Assembly: GCA_903936645.1 (NCBI GenBank) | Contig: CAIZWI010000313.1 | Coordinates: 994 to 64,993, forward strand | Source: an uncultured Verrucomicrobia subdivision 3 bacterium | GTDB lineage: Bacteria > Verrucomicrobiota > Verrucomicrobiia > Limisphaerales > UBA11358 | DNA length: 64,000 nucleotides | Reading direction: 5' to 3' | Shown: positions 8,870-17,149 of the stretch, piece by piece | How the letters are laid out: the number at the start of each line of letters is the position of its first letter | How positions within the stretch are numbered: the first letter of the stretch is position 1 | Translations under genes and position numbers: made by a program | Notes under the pieces: model-generated | Told to the model about the DNA's origin: nothing | Databases searched by the model: none | The model's input: only the letters and a program-made list of their open reading frames with translations

Positions 8870-9876
8870 AACTCAATCGCAAACAACTCGCTGGCATCGG
8901 CATCACTGTGGGGGCCCTTTATGGCTTGTTGGTCCGCCTTATTTTCGGCTTTGGCGATGCAGGATCGGATACGTTTGTCGTCATGAGTTCCAGCTTTATA
9001 TTGGCGGCACCCTTTGCCCTGGGCTTTCTCAGTGTGTGGTTCGGTGAATATCCCTCTAAACATCCCTTCATGGTCCGGCTATTCCTGTCGTGGACCGCAT
9101 CGCTGGCCTTTATGCTCGGCTGCCTGGTGCTGGTCTGGGAAGGCATCATCTGCGTCATCATCTGGCTGCCCTTGACCCTGGCGCTTTCCAGTCTGGGCGG
9201 CGCGGTGGCCGGGCTCCTCCGTTACTGGATCCGCAAAAGTGCCGCGCGCAATTCCTGTGTGATTCTGGTGGCCGCGCTGCCGTTCTTGCTCGCACCCTTG
9301 GAAAAATTCAAGGCCACCGCCCATGAGGTTCGCACCGTGCAAACCCAGATCGAGATTAACGGTCCGGCGGCGGCCGTCTGGCAGCAAATCAAATCCGTTC
9401 CGGCCATCCAGGAAAACGAGCATTCATTGGATTTCTCCCACTTGATTGGCTTTCCGCGCCCCGTGGAGGCAGTCTTGTCGGGCTCCGGGATCGGCGCGGT
9501 GCGTTATGCCCGGTTCGAGGGCAACGTGCTCTTTGTGGAAACCATCACCGAATGGCAGGAAAATGCCCGGCTGTCCTTCCACATCCAGGCCGACACCGCC
9601 CACATTCCGCCGACCACCTTTGATGAACATGTGACGGTCGGGGGCCGCTATTTTGATGTGTTGCAAGGCACTTATTGGATTGAACCCCTGGCCACCAATC
9701 GCGTCCGCCTCCATCTGGCCAGCGACCAACGGCTCTCCACCCATTTCAACTTTTACGCCCATTGGTGGACCGAGGCATTAATGGCCGACCTGCAAAATTA
9801 CATCCTGAAAATCATCAAATACCGCGTGGAGCATCCGCAGCCGCCAGCCGGAGCCGGCAACATTAATTCAAAATAG
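8866..9876 (+). CDS. membrane-anchored SRPBCC (START/Bet v1-like) domain protein
   Basis: About four N-terminal hydrophobic helices, then an EINGPAAAVWQQIKSV...RYARFEG...LSFHIQAD...YWIEPL pattern typical of polyketide-cyclase/SRPBCC folds. ATG 8866 makes an ATGA overlap with the methyltransferase stop. Confidence 0.6.
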   Translation: MKLNRKQLAGIGITVGALYGLLVRLIFGFGDAGSDTFVVMSSSFILAAPFALGFLSVWFGEYPSKHPFMVRLFLSWTASLAFMLGCLVLVWEGIICVIIWLPLTLALSSLGGAVAGLLRYWIRKSAARNSCVILVAALPFLLAPLEKFKATAHEVRTVQTQIEINGPAAAVWQQIKSVPAIQENEHSLDFSHLIGFPRPVEAVLSGSGIGAVRYARFEGNVLFVETITEWQENARLSFHIQADTAHIPPTTFDEHVTVGGRYFDVLQGTYWIEPLATNRVRLHLASDQRLSTHFNFYAHWWTEALMADLQNYILKIIKYRVEHPQPPAGAGNINSK

Positions 9877-9968
9877 CCCGCATCTAAAGTGCTTGGTTGC
9901 CACCTATGCAGGGAATGTGGCCGTGGGCGACCATTTTGATTTGAATTTTAAGTTGGCAAATTGAAGGT

Positions 9969-10544
9969 TCATTCCCCCGCCCACTCCTCCAGCTCCGCCG
10001 CCAGCCGCTCCAACGGCAAGCCCACCACATTGCTGTACGAGCCAGAAATTTGTGCAACGATCAACTCGCCATGGTCCTGAATGGCATAGCCACCGGCTTT
10101 ATCCAGCGGATTAATTTGATCCAAATAATGATCGATCTGTGTGCGGGTCAGTGGCAAAAATTTTACGTCCGTGCTTACCGCAAAAATCCGCTCACGATGC
10201 CCTCGCCGGTGCATCAGACTCACCCCCGTCACCACCTGGTGCGTACGCCCCTCTAGCGCGGCAAGCATGGCCTGCGCGGCGGCCCGGTCCGCGGGTTTGC
10301 CAAGAATGGTGGTGCCCAAAAACACCAGCGTATCCGCCCCCAGCACCAAGGCATCGGGATGTTTCCGGGCCACCACCCGTGCCTTGCGATGGGCATTCAA
10401 CTGGCAGATTTCCTGCGGCGACAATTGCTCCGGAGTCAACTCCGTGGCATTGCCCGGCAGCACCTGGAACGTCACCTTTAATTGCCCCAGTAATTCCGAC
10501 CGGCGGGGCGACGCAGAGGCGAGGATGAGTGGCGGCAAATTCAT
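9969..10544 (-). CDS. maf: Maf-like nucleoside triphosphate pyrophosphatase
   Basis: LILASASPRRSELLGQL...GADTLV...DKAGGYAIQ. Confidence 0.88.
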   Translation of the reverse strand: MNLPPLILASASPRRSELLGQLKVTFQVLPGNATELTPEQLSPQEICQLNAHRKARVVARKHPDALVLGADTLVFLGTTILGKPADRAAAQAMLAALEGRTHQVVTGVSLMHRRGHRERIFAVSTDVKFLPLTRTQIDHYLDQINPLDKAGGYAIQDHGELIVAQISGSYSNVVGLPLERLAAELEEWAGE

Positions 10545-10738
10545 CAAGTCACTTTACGCCGGGGCTGCACCGCTGTCGAGCGGCTTCAAAATGGTCCCAT
10601 CTTCCTGCCCGCCACATACTTTTAGTACCAGGCCGCAAACACCGTGCCGCCACTCTCCCGCGCATCGGTTGCTTCACGCTTAACCCTTCATTCATCCTTC
10701 CCCTTGCCGCCCCGCGACTTTTCCTGTACTTCCTTCCC

Positions 10739-11275
10739 ATGCAAAACGACCGAAACATTGTCAACCTCGCGCTCATTGGCTTCATGGGCACGGGCAAGAC
10801 TTCGGTTGGACGCCTCGTAGCCGAGCAATTGGCCTTTGAATTCCTCGACACCGATGAACTCATTCAGACCGCCACCGGCCGCAGCATCACCGATATTTTC
10901 GCCCAGGACGGCGAGCCCGCTTTCCGCGCCCTTGAGCAACGGGTGGTGCAGGAACTGGCCGGGCGCCGGAACACGCTCATCTCCACCGGCGGCGGCCTCC
11001 CCTTGCACGCCCCCAATCTCACCAGTCTGAAGCAGCACGCCCTGGTCGTCTGCCTGTGGGCCTCGCCCGAAAAGATCTGGGAACGCGTCTGCCACCAAAG
11101 CCACCGCCCCCTGCTGCACGCCCCCGATCCCCGGGCCAAAATCCACGAACTCCTGGCCCTGCGTGAACCCTTCTATAAGCAGGCCGACGTCCTCGTCAAC
11201 ACCGACCTCCGGACCATGCGGGAGGTCACCCATCAGGTGGTTCACCAATACCGCTACGCCCTCAACCATCAGTAA
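10739..11275 (+). CDS. aroK: shikimate kinase
   Basis: P-loop LIGFMGTGKTSVGR, then FLDTD and STGGG. ATG at 10739; the upstream part of track ORF 10529..11275 is not protein-like. Confidence 0.88.
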   Translation: MQNDRNIVNLALIGFMGTGKTSVGRLVAEQLAFEFLDTDELIQTATGRSITDIFAQDGEPAFRALEQRVVQELAGRRNTLISTGGGLPLHAPNLTSLKQHALVVCLWASPEKIWERVCHQSHRPLLHAPDPRAKIHELLALREPFYKQADVLVNTDLRTMREVTHQVVHQYRYALNHQ

Positions 11276-12309
11276 TGAAAGCCGCCATCCAACAAATGGC
11301 GTTGGAACTGGGCTTTGACGACTGCCGCTTTACCACCGCCACCCCACCGCCCCATCAAGCCGCCTTGCAAACCTGGCTGGCCACCGGTCAAAACGGCGAA
11401 ATGGCCTGGCTCGCGCGCAATGCGGATAAACGCCTCGACCCGCATTTAGTGCTCCCGGGAGCCCGCACCATTGTCACCCTCGCCACGAGCTATGCCGGTC
11501 CTGCCCCTGACCAACCGCCAGCGCCCGCCTCTGGAGTCGTCGCCCGCTATGCCCGCCATGCCGATTATCATGATGTGCTCGCCCCGCCCTTGCGCACGCT
11601 CAGCGATCACATCAACCACCTCGGCGGTCCGGACACCCGGTCCCTCTGGTACGTGGACACCGGCCCGCTGCTGGAGCGCGACCTGGCCCAGCGCGCCGGC
11701 CTGGGTTTCGCGGGCAAACACACCAACCTCATTAGCCGCCGGCTGGGCAATTGGTTTTTCCTTTCCGAAATCATCACCACGCTGGCACTGGAGCCTGATC
11801 CCCCCGAACGGAATCATTGTGGCACCTGCACCCGTTGCCTGACCGCCTGCCCCACCCGGGCGATCACCGCGCCGTTTCAACTCGATGCCCGGCGGTGCAT
11901 TTCCTACCTCACCATTGAATTGAAAGGCGCCATCCCGGTGGAACTGCGTCCGGCCATCGGCAACCGCATCTATGGCTGCGACGACTGCCTGGCCGCCTGC
12001 CCTTGGAACCGTTTCGCCCAAACCGGCCGGCTCATGCAGCCCCATGCCCGCCCCGACCTCGGCCAGCCGGATTTATTGGATTTGTTGTGTCTGGATGCCG
12101 CCAGCTTCAAGGCGCGTTTCGCCGGCAGCCCCATCCTGCGCACCAAGCGCCGGGGCCTGCTGCGCAACGTCTGCGTGGCCCTGGGCAACACCGGCACTCC
12201 CGCCGCCCTGCCCGAACTCGCTCGCGCCGCCCACGACCCGGAACCGCTCATCGCCGAGCATGCCCAATGGGCCATCACACAGATTGTCCGCCGATCCGCC
12301 CCCGATTAG
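11275..12309 (+). CDS. queG: tRNA epoxyqueuosine(34) reductase
   Basis: Two 4Fe-4S motifs, CGTCTRCLTACP and YGCDDCLAACPWN, plus a C-terminal HEAT-like region. TAATG overlap with the aroK stop. Confidence 0.88.
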   Translation: MKAAIQQMALELGFDDCRFTTATPPPHQAALQTWLATGQNGEMAWLARNADKRLDPHLVLPGARTIVTLATSYAGPAPDQPPAPASGVVARYARHADYHDVLAPPLRTLSDHINHLGGPDTRSLWYVDTGPLLERDLAQRAGLGFAGKHTNLISRRLGNWFFLSEIITTLALEPDPPERNHCGTCTRCLTACPTRAITAPFQLDARRCISYLTIELKGAIPVELRPAIGNRIYGCDDCLAACPWNRFAQTGRLMQPHARPDLGQPDLLDLLCLDAASFKARFAGSPILRTKRRGLLRNVCVALGNTGTPAALPELARAAHDPEPLIAEHAQWAITQIVRRSAPD

Positions 12310-12381
12310 AGGAAACGCATATCCAAACGCTCAGCAAACAGGCTTAATGCCCGCTTAAGGTTGGCTCGGTTAAGGTGCCGC

Positions 12382-14169
12382 ATGTTCAAATTACATTTTT
12401 CACCCACCCGCACCATTGTCCGGTGCTGGTCTTGGGCCTTCCTGGTGCTGACGTTGCTGGGGCGACCGGCTGGAGCGCATAATTTGACGGGGGATCCGGC
12501 GAACCCACACTATGACTGGTCGGTGCAACCGCCCCTGACCGTGACCCCGGGGTGGTTCCTCGCCCAGACCGGTCCGGCCGGCAACCCGGCCCCCGGAGTG
12601 TTGCCCACCCCGCCCGTCCGCGCCGGCCAGGTGCCGCCCCAGAGCGAGGTGTTTGCCGTCTTTGCCCCCCGCGTGATGGTGCGGTGGGATAACCAGTATC
12701 TCTATATTGAGGATAATGGTTTGCCAGCCCACGGCATGATGACCGGCATCACCGCCTGGCAGCAACAGGTGCCGCTGCCCCAGCCCTATACCGGGGACAA
12801 TGCCTGGCGGCTCCCGCTGAATCCCGTGCCCGCCCAGCACCCGGTAAGCATCCGCGGCCGTTTTCTGCGCGGCGCCATCGCCATCGCCGCCAATGGCATT
12901 CCCATTTTCAATCCCCAAAACAACCGCGGGGAAATTTCCGCCGATATTGGCGAACTGGATCAATGGGGCGGCCATTGCGGACGTGGCGATGATTATCATT
13001 ACCATGCGGCCCCGCTCCATCTGCAAAGCCTCGTGGGACCCGGACGGCCCATCGCTTTTGCCCTCGATGGCTACGCGATTTACGGGCTGGCCGAACCGGA
13101 TGGCTCGCCAGTGACCGGGTTGGATGCCTTTCACGGCCATGCCACGCCGGGAGTGGGCTATCATTATCATGCGTCCACCAAATACCCCTTCGTCAATGGC
13201 GGTTTTCATGGGGAAGTGGTGGAACGCAACGGCCAGGTGGACCCCCAACCCCGCGCGCGCTCCGTGCGGCCGGCCACCTTCCCCCTGCCCGGCGCCACCA
13301 TCACCGACCTGACGGTTTCCCCGGATCAACAAACCTTTGCCCTGCGCTATAGCGTGAATGGCCAACCCGCCAGTGTGAATTATGCCACGACCGGCAACGG
13401 CATCTGGCGCTTTCAATATCACAATGCCGATGGCACCACCGTGACCAAAACCTATCAGGCACGGGATGGCAGTGGGCCACCGCCCGGGGAACCACCGCGC
13501 CGCCGGCGGGCCGAAGCTAATTCCACGCCGGACGACCGTCGTCCCCCCGATGGTCCCAATGGCCCGCCACCGGATAATGCCGGCCGGCCACCGCGCGACG
13601 AAGCGCGCCCCGCGCGTCGCGCTGCCATCCCTGAATTTACGCCCCCGCGCTCCGGCCACCTGGTGTTGCACAGTTCCGCCGTGACCAATGGCGGGGCGCT
13701 CCCGGTGGAATTTACCGGGGATGGGGCCGCCGCCACCCTGCCCCTGGACTGGAGCGGCGAACCGGCCGGCACCAAGAGTTTTGCCGTGATCATGCACCAC
13801 ATTCCGGGACCGGGCGATGTGAAGTGGTATTGGACACTGTATAATATCCCCGCCAGCGTGCACAGCCTGCCCAAAAACGTCCGGGGCATCGGCACCCTGG
13901 GCAACAACAGTGTAAACGACGAGGCCGGTTACGCCCCGCCCCATTCCAAAGGCCCGGGGCCGAAAATTTACCGGCTCACCGTTTATGCCCTGTCCGCCCC
14001 CGTGACCATCAACCGCCCGGCCGAGGAAGTCAGCCGGGCCGTGCTGCTGGCGGCCATGCGCACCAATATTTTGGACAGTGCCGAACTGCGGGTTGTTTAT
14101 GACCGCACGGCGGCCATCCGCCGCCAAGGTGGTGAGGATGGACCACCTGCCGATGAATCCAACCGTTAA
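12382..14169 (+). CDS. exported fusion protein: YHYH domain + Pro/Arg-rich linker + PEBP (YbhB/YbcL-like) domain
   Basis: Signal-like N-terminus. Duplicated GDDYHYHAAP and GVGYHYHAS motifs. Linker PPPGEPPRRRRAE...PPDGPNGPPPDNAGRPPRDEARPARR. The C-terminal LDWSGEPAGTKSFAVIMHHIPGPGDVKWYWTLYNIP...YRLTVYAL matches the bacterial PEBP pattern. Confidence 0.7.
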   Translation: MFKLHFSPTRTIVRCWSWAFLVLTLLGRPAGAHNLTGDPANPHYDWSVQPPLTVTPGWFLAQTGPAGNPAPGVLPTPPVRAGQVPPQSEVFAVFAPRVMVRWDNQYLYIEDNGLPAHGMMTGITAWQQQVPLPQPYTGDNAWRLPLNPVPAQHPVSIRGRFLRGAIAIAANGIPIFNPQNNRGEISADIGELDQWGGHCGRGDDYHYHAAPLHLQSLVGPGRPIAFALDGYAIYGLAEPDGSPVTGLDAFHGHATPGVGYHYHASTKYPFVNGGFHGEVVERNGQVDPQPRARSVRPATFPLPGATITDLTVSPDQQTFALRYSVNGQPASVNYATTGNGIWRFQYHNADGTTVTKTYQARDGSGPPPGEPPRRRRAEANSTPDDRRPPDGPNGPPPDNAGRPPRDEARPARRAAIPEFTPPRSGHLVLHSSAVTNGGALPVEFTGDGAAATLPLDWSGEPAGTKSFAVIMHHIPGPGDVKWYWTLYNIPASVHSLPKNVRGIGTLGNNSVNDEAGYAPPHSKGPGPKIYRLTVYALSAPVTINRPAEEVSRAVLLAAMRTNILDSAELRVVYDRTAAIRRQGGEDGPPADESNR

Positions 14170-14175
14170 GTGACC

Positions 14176-15735
14176 ATGAACCTAAAGACCAATCGTCGTT
14201 CGTTTCTCTATTTCCTGTCCAGCACGCTGGCCTGGCTGGGTACCTCCGCTTGGGGCCAATTCAATGATTCACCCCGCCCACACGGACCGGGTGGCGGCGG
14301 TGGCGGCGGACGCCGGCGGGGCGCGGATAATTATGTCCTGCCCCCGGAACTGGCCGAATATGCTTATCTGTCGCTGGTGCTAGGGCGGATTACCGACCAG
14401 TCCGTGACCATCAGCGCCCTGCCCAAGGTGGCTTTGGAAGCGTTCTTTGAATACGGCACCCAACCGGGGCAATATCCGCAACGCACGCCCGTGCTGCCCC
14501 TGCCCGCCGGCCGGGCCACCGAGCAAGTCTTGGGCGAACTGGCCCCGAACGCCCAATATTACTATCGCTGCCACTACCGTGAACCCGGAGCGCCAGCCTT
14601 CACTATTCGCGCGGAGTGCCGGTTTCATACCCAGCGCGCGGCCGGCCGCACCTTCACCTTCGCCATCCAGGGGGATTCGCATCCGGAACGCCCGCAAATG
14701 AGCCATCCCGCGCTCTACGCGCGAACGCTGCTCCAAGCGGCGGCGGACCACCCGGATTTCCACATTTGCATGGGCGATGATTTCAGCCTCGAACCCATCC
14801 GCGAAGTGACTGCACCAGCGGTGGACGCCCGCTACACGTTGCAACGGCCCTTCCTCGGTTTGGTTACCCAATCCGCCCCGGTATTTTTGCTGAATGGCAA
14901 TCATGAGCAGGGCTCTTTGTTTAATTACCGCCAGACGGATGAGCGGCACCAATTGGCCGTGCTCGCCCAGCACGCCCGCAACACTTACTACCCCACCGTG
15001 GGTCCCGATGCCTTCTATTCCGGTGATACCCGGCCACTGCCCGAAATCGGGTTGCTCAAAGATTACTATGCCTGGACCTGGGGCGACGCCCTCTTTGTGG
15101 TTTTGGATAATTACTGGCAGACCCCCGTTCAGGTGGACACGGGGTTCCATGACCGACCCGGCGGGGGCGGGGGCGGCCAGGATCCGGGCCGGAAAAACCG
15201 CGACTGGTGGGGCCTTACCCTCGGCGAGGCCCAATATCAATGGTTTAAACAAACCCTCGAACGCAGCCAGGCCAAATATAAATTTGTGTTTGCCCACCAT
15301 GTCTTGGGCTCAGGCCGCGGCGGGGTGGATCAGGCGGATTTTTATGAATGGGGCGGCCGCAACCGTCGCGGGGACTGGGAATTCACCGAGCGTCGTCCAG
15401 GCTGGGAACTCCCGGTGCATCAACTGATGGTCAAACACGGCGTGACCATTTTTTTCCAAGGCCACGACCATTTATACGCGCGCCAGGAAAAGGATGGCAT
15501 CATCTATCAGGAGGTGCCCATGCCGGCGGATCACGGCTATGTTACGTACAACGCGGAGCGTTACGGCTCCGGGGTGAAGCGGCCGAATGCCGGACATTTA
15601 CGCGTCACGGTGGCCCCGGAAGGCGTGAAAGTGGAGTACGTGCACAGTTATTTGCCGGCGGATGAAGCGGCCGGCCACACGTCGGGAGAAATTGCCCATA
15701 GTTACACGCTCAAACCCAAGGCGAGCCATGCTTAA
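14176..15735 (+). CDS. Tat-exported calcineurin-like metallophosphoesterase (PhoD/purple-acid-phosphatase-like)
   Basis: Twin-arginine motif NRRSFLYF. PAP-type N-terminal beta domain (YYYRCHY). Complete metallophosphoesterase motif set: QGDSHPE, MGDDF, NGNHE, AHH, GHDH. Confidence 0.8.
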   Translation: MNLKTNRRSFLYFLSSTLAWLGTSAWGQFNDSPRPHGPGGGGGGGRRRGADNYVLPPELAEYAYLSLVLGRITDQSVTISALPKVALEAFFEYGTQPGQYPQRTPVLPLPAGRATEQVLGELAPNAQYYYRCHYREPGAPAFTIRAECRFHTQRAAGRTFTFAIQGDSHPERPQMSHPALYARTLLQAAADHPDFHICMGDDFSLEPIREVTAPAVDARYTLQRPFLGLVTQSAPVFLLNGNHEQGSLFNYRQTDERHQLAVLAQHARNTYYPTVGPDAFYSGDTRPLPEIGLLKDYYAWTWGDALFVVLDNYWQTPVQVDTGFHDRPGGGGGGQDPGRKNRDWWGLTLGEAQYQWFKQTLERSQAKYKFVFAHHVLGSGRGGVDQADFYEWGGRNRRGDWEFTERRPGWELPVHQLMVKHGVTIFFQGHDHLYARQEKDGIIYQEVPMPADHGYVTYNAERYGSGVKRPNAGHLRVTVAPEGVKVEYVHSYLPADEAAGHTSGEIAHSYTLKPKASHA

Positions 15736-17149
15736 GCGCCTCACCATGGCCTTGCTCGTAGTCTGCTCCTTCCACCTGGCCGCCCAAACTGACCACCCTG
15801 GTCCGTCCGCTCCCCGGGGCCACCAGGGCGGCGGCGGCACGAATTATTTTAACGTCACCGTGCCAGCCCATCCGTATGATCTTATCCTGTGCCGCCCCGA
15901 GGCCACCCGCATCTCCTTGAGTGTGCTGGCCTCCCACGACTTGGCCGGCTTGGTCAGTTATGGCACCAACGCCGATGCCCTGACCCAACAAACGCCCGCG
16001 CAGACCTTCTCGGCGGGGAAGCCCGCCAGTGTGACCCTCGCCCCATTAACCGCCCATACCCGTTATTATTACACCTTTCGTCCCCAGACCATGGGCGGAG
16101 CGGAGCTGGGCCAGCCGACGCACGGCACCTTTAGCACCGCCCGCGCCCCGGGTGCCACCTTCACCTTCACCCTCACGGCCGATTGCCATCTGGATGAGCA
16201 CACCAGCCCGCGCGTTTACGAACAGACCTTGCAGGACATTCGGATGGAGCAGCCGGATTTTCATCTGGATTTGGGCAATCTGTTCATGACGGACAAACAC
16301 TACACCCGGGCCGAAGCCGCCCAACAATACGTGGCCCAGCGCTATTACCTCGGCCAAATTGGCGCCGCCACGCCGATCCTGCTGGCCCTGGGCACCCACG
16401 ATGGCGAGAGCGCCCGCTACGACGATGGCTCGGATACCTGCCTCGCAGTCTGGTCACAGCGGCTCCGCACCCGCTATTATCCCAATCCCCTGCCCGATGA
16501 TTTTTACACTGGCAATCGCCAGACTGACCCGCGCACCGGCCCTCTCCAGGATTATTATGCCTTCACCTGGGGCGACGCCCTGCTGGTGGTGCTGGATCCT
16601 TTTCGCTATTCCCTCCCCCAGCGCAATCGCGATGGCTGGGGCTGGTCGCTCGGCCGAACCCAATACGAATGGCTGGACCACACCCTGGCCACCAGCCCGG
16701 CCAAATTTAAATTGGTATTCATCCACAATCTGCTGAGCGGCGACCAGGCCTCGCGCGGTGGGGTGGAAATCGCCCGGCACAACGAATGGGGCGGCCAAAA
16801 CCTCGATGGCAGCGCCGGCTTCGCCACCCAACGGCCGGGCTGGGCCACCCCGGTTGCAGAATTGCTGGCGCGCCACGGCGTCGCCGCCGTGTTCAAAGCC
16901 CACGATAACTTCTATGCCCGGCAGGAACTGGCCGGAATTCAGTATATCATGGTCCCCCAACCCAGTTTTGCCGGGGACGATCGCATTCGTGATTTGTCAA
17001 ATTACGGCTATCAAAAAGGCGTGTTTCTGGGCAATCCCGGTCACGTGCGGGTCATCGTCTCCCCGCAATCCGTCGCCATCGCTTATGTAAAAACCGGTGC
17101 CACCCCAGCGACAGTTCCGGCCGACACCTGCGTGATCACCGCCCGATGA
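15728..17149 (+). CDS. Sec-exported paralogue of the preceding metallophosphoesterase with substituted metal-ligand motifs
   Basis: Collinear with the upstream protein (FTFTLTADCH, DYYAFTWGDALLVVLD, QYEWL). ATG 15728 overlaps the upstream stop as ATGCTTAA. The motifs read ADCH / GNL / GTHD / HN / AHDN. Confidence 0.75.
   Translation: MLKRLTMALLVVCSFHLAAQTDHPGPSAPRGHQGGGGTNYFNVTVPAHPYDLILCRPEATRISLSVLASHDLAGLVSYGTNADALTQQTPAQTFSAGKPASVTLAPLTAHTRYYYTFRPQTMGGAELGQPTHGTFSTARAPGATFTFTLTADCHLDEHTSPRVYEQTLQDIRMEQPDFHLDLGNLFMTDKHYTRAEAAQQYVAQRYYLGQIGAATPILLALGTHDGESARYDDGSDTCLAVWSQRLRTRYYPNPLPDDFYTGNRQTDPRTGPLQDYYAFTWGDALLVVLDPFRYSLPQRNRDGWGWSLGRTQYEWLDHTLATSPAKFKLVFIHNLLSGDQASRGGVEIARHNEWGGQNLDGSAGFATQRPGWATPVAELLARHGVAAVFKAHDNFYARQELAGIQYIMVPQPSFAGDDRIRDLSNYGYQKGVFLGNPGHVRVIVSPQSVAIAYVKTGATPATVPADTCVITAR

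Noticed and set aside
12400-14127. 575-aa minus-strand ORF
   Set aside because: It is antisense to the YHYH-PEBP gene, with low-complexity G/R/A/H-rich translation and no motifs. It is a shadow ORF.
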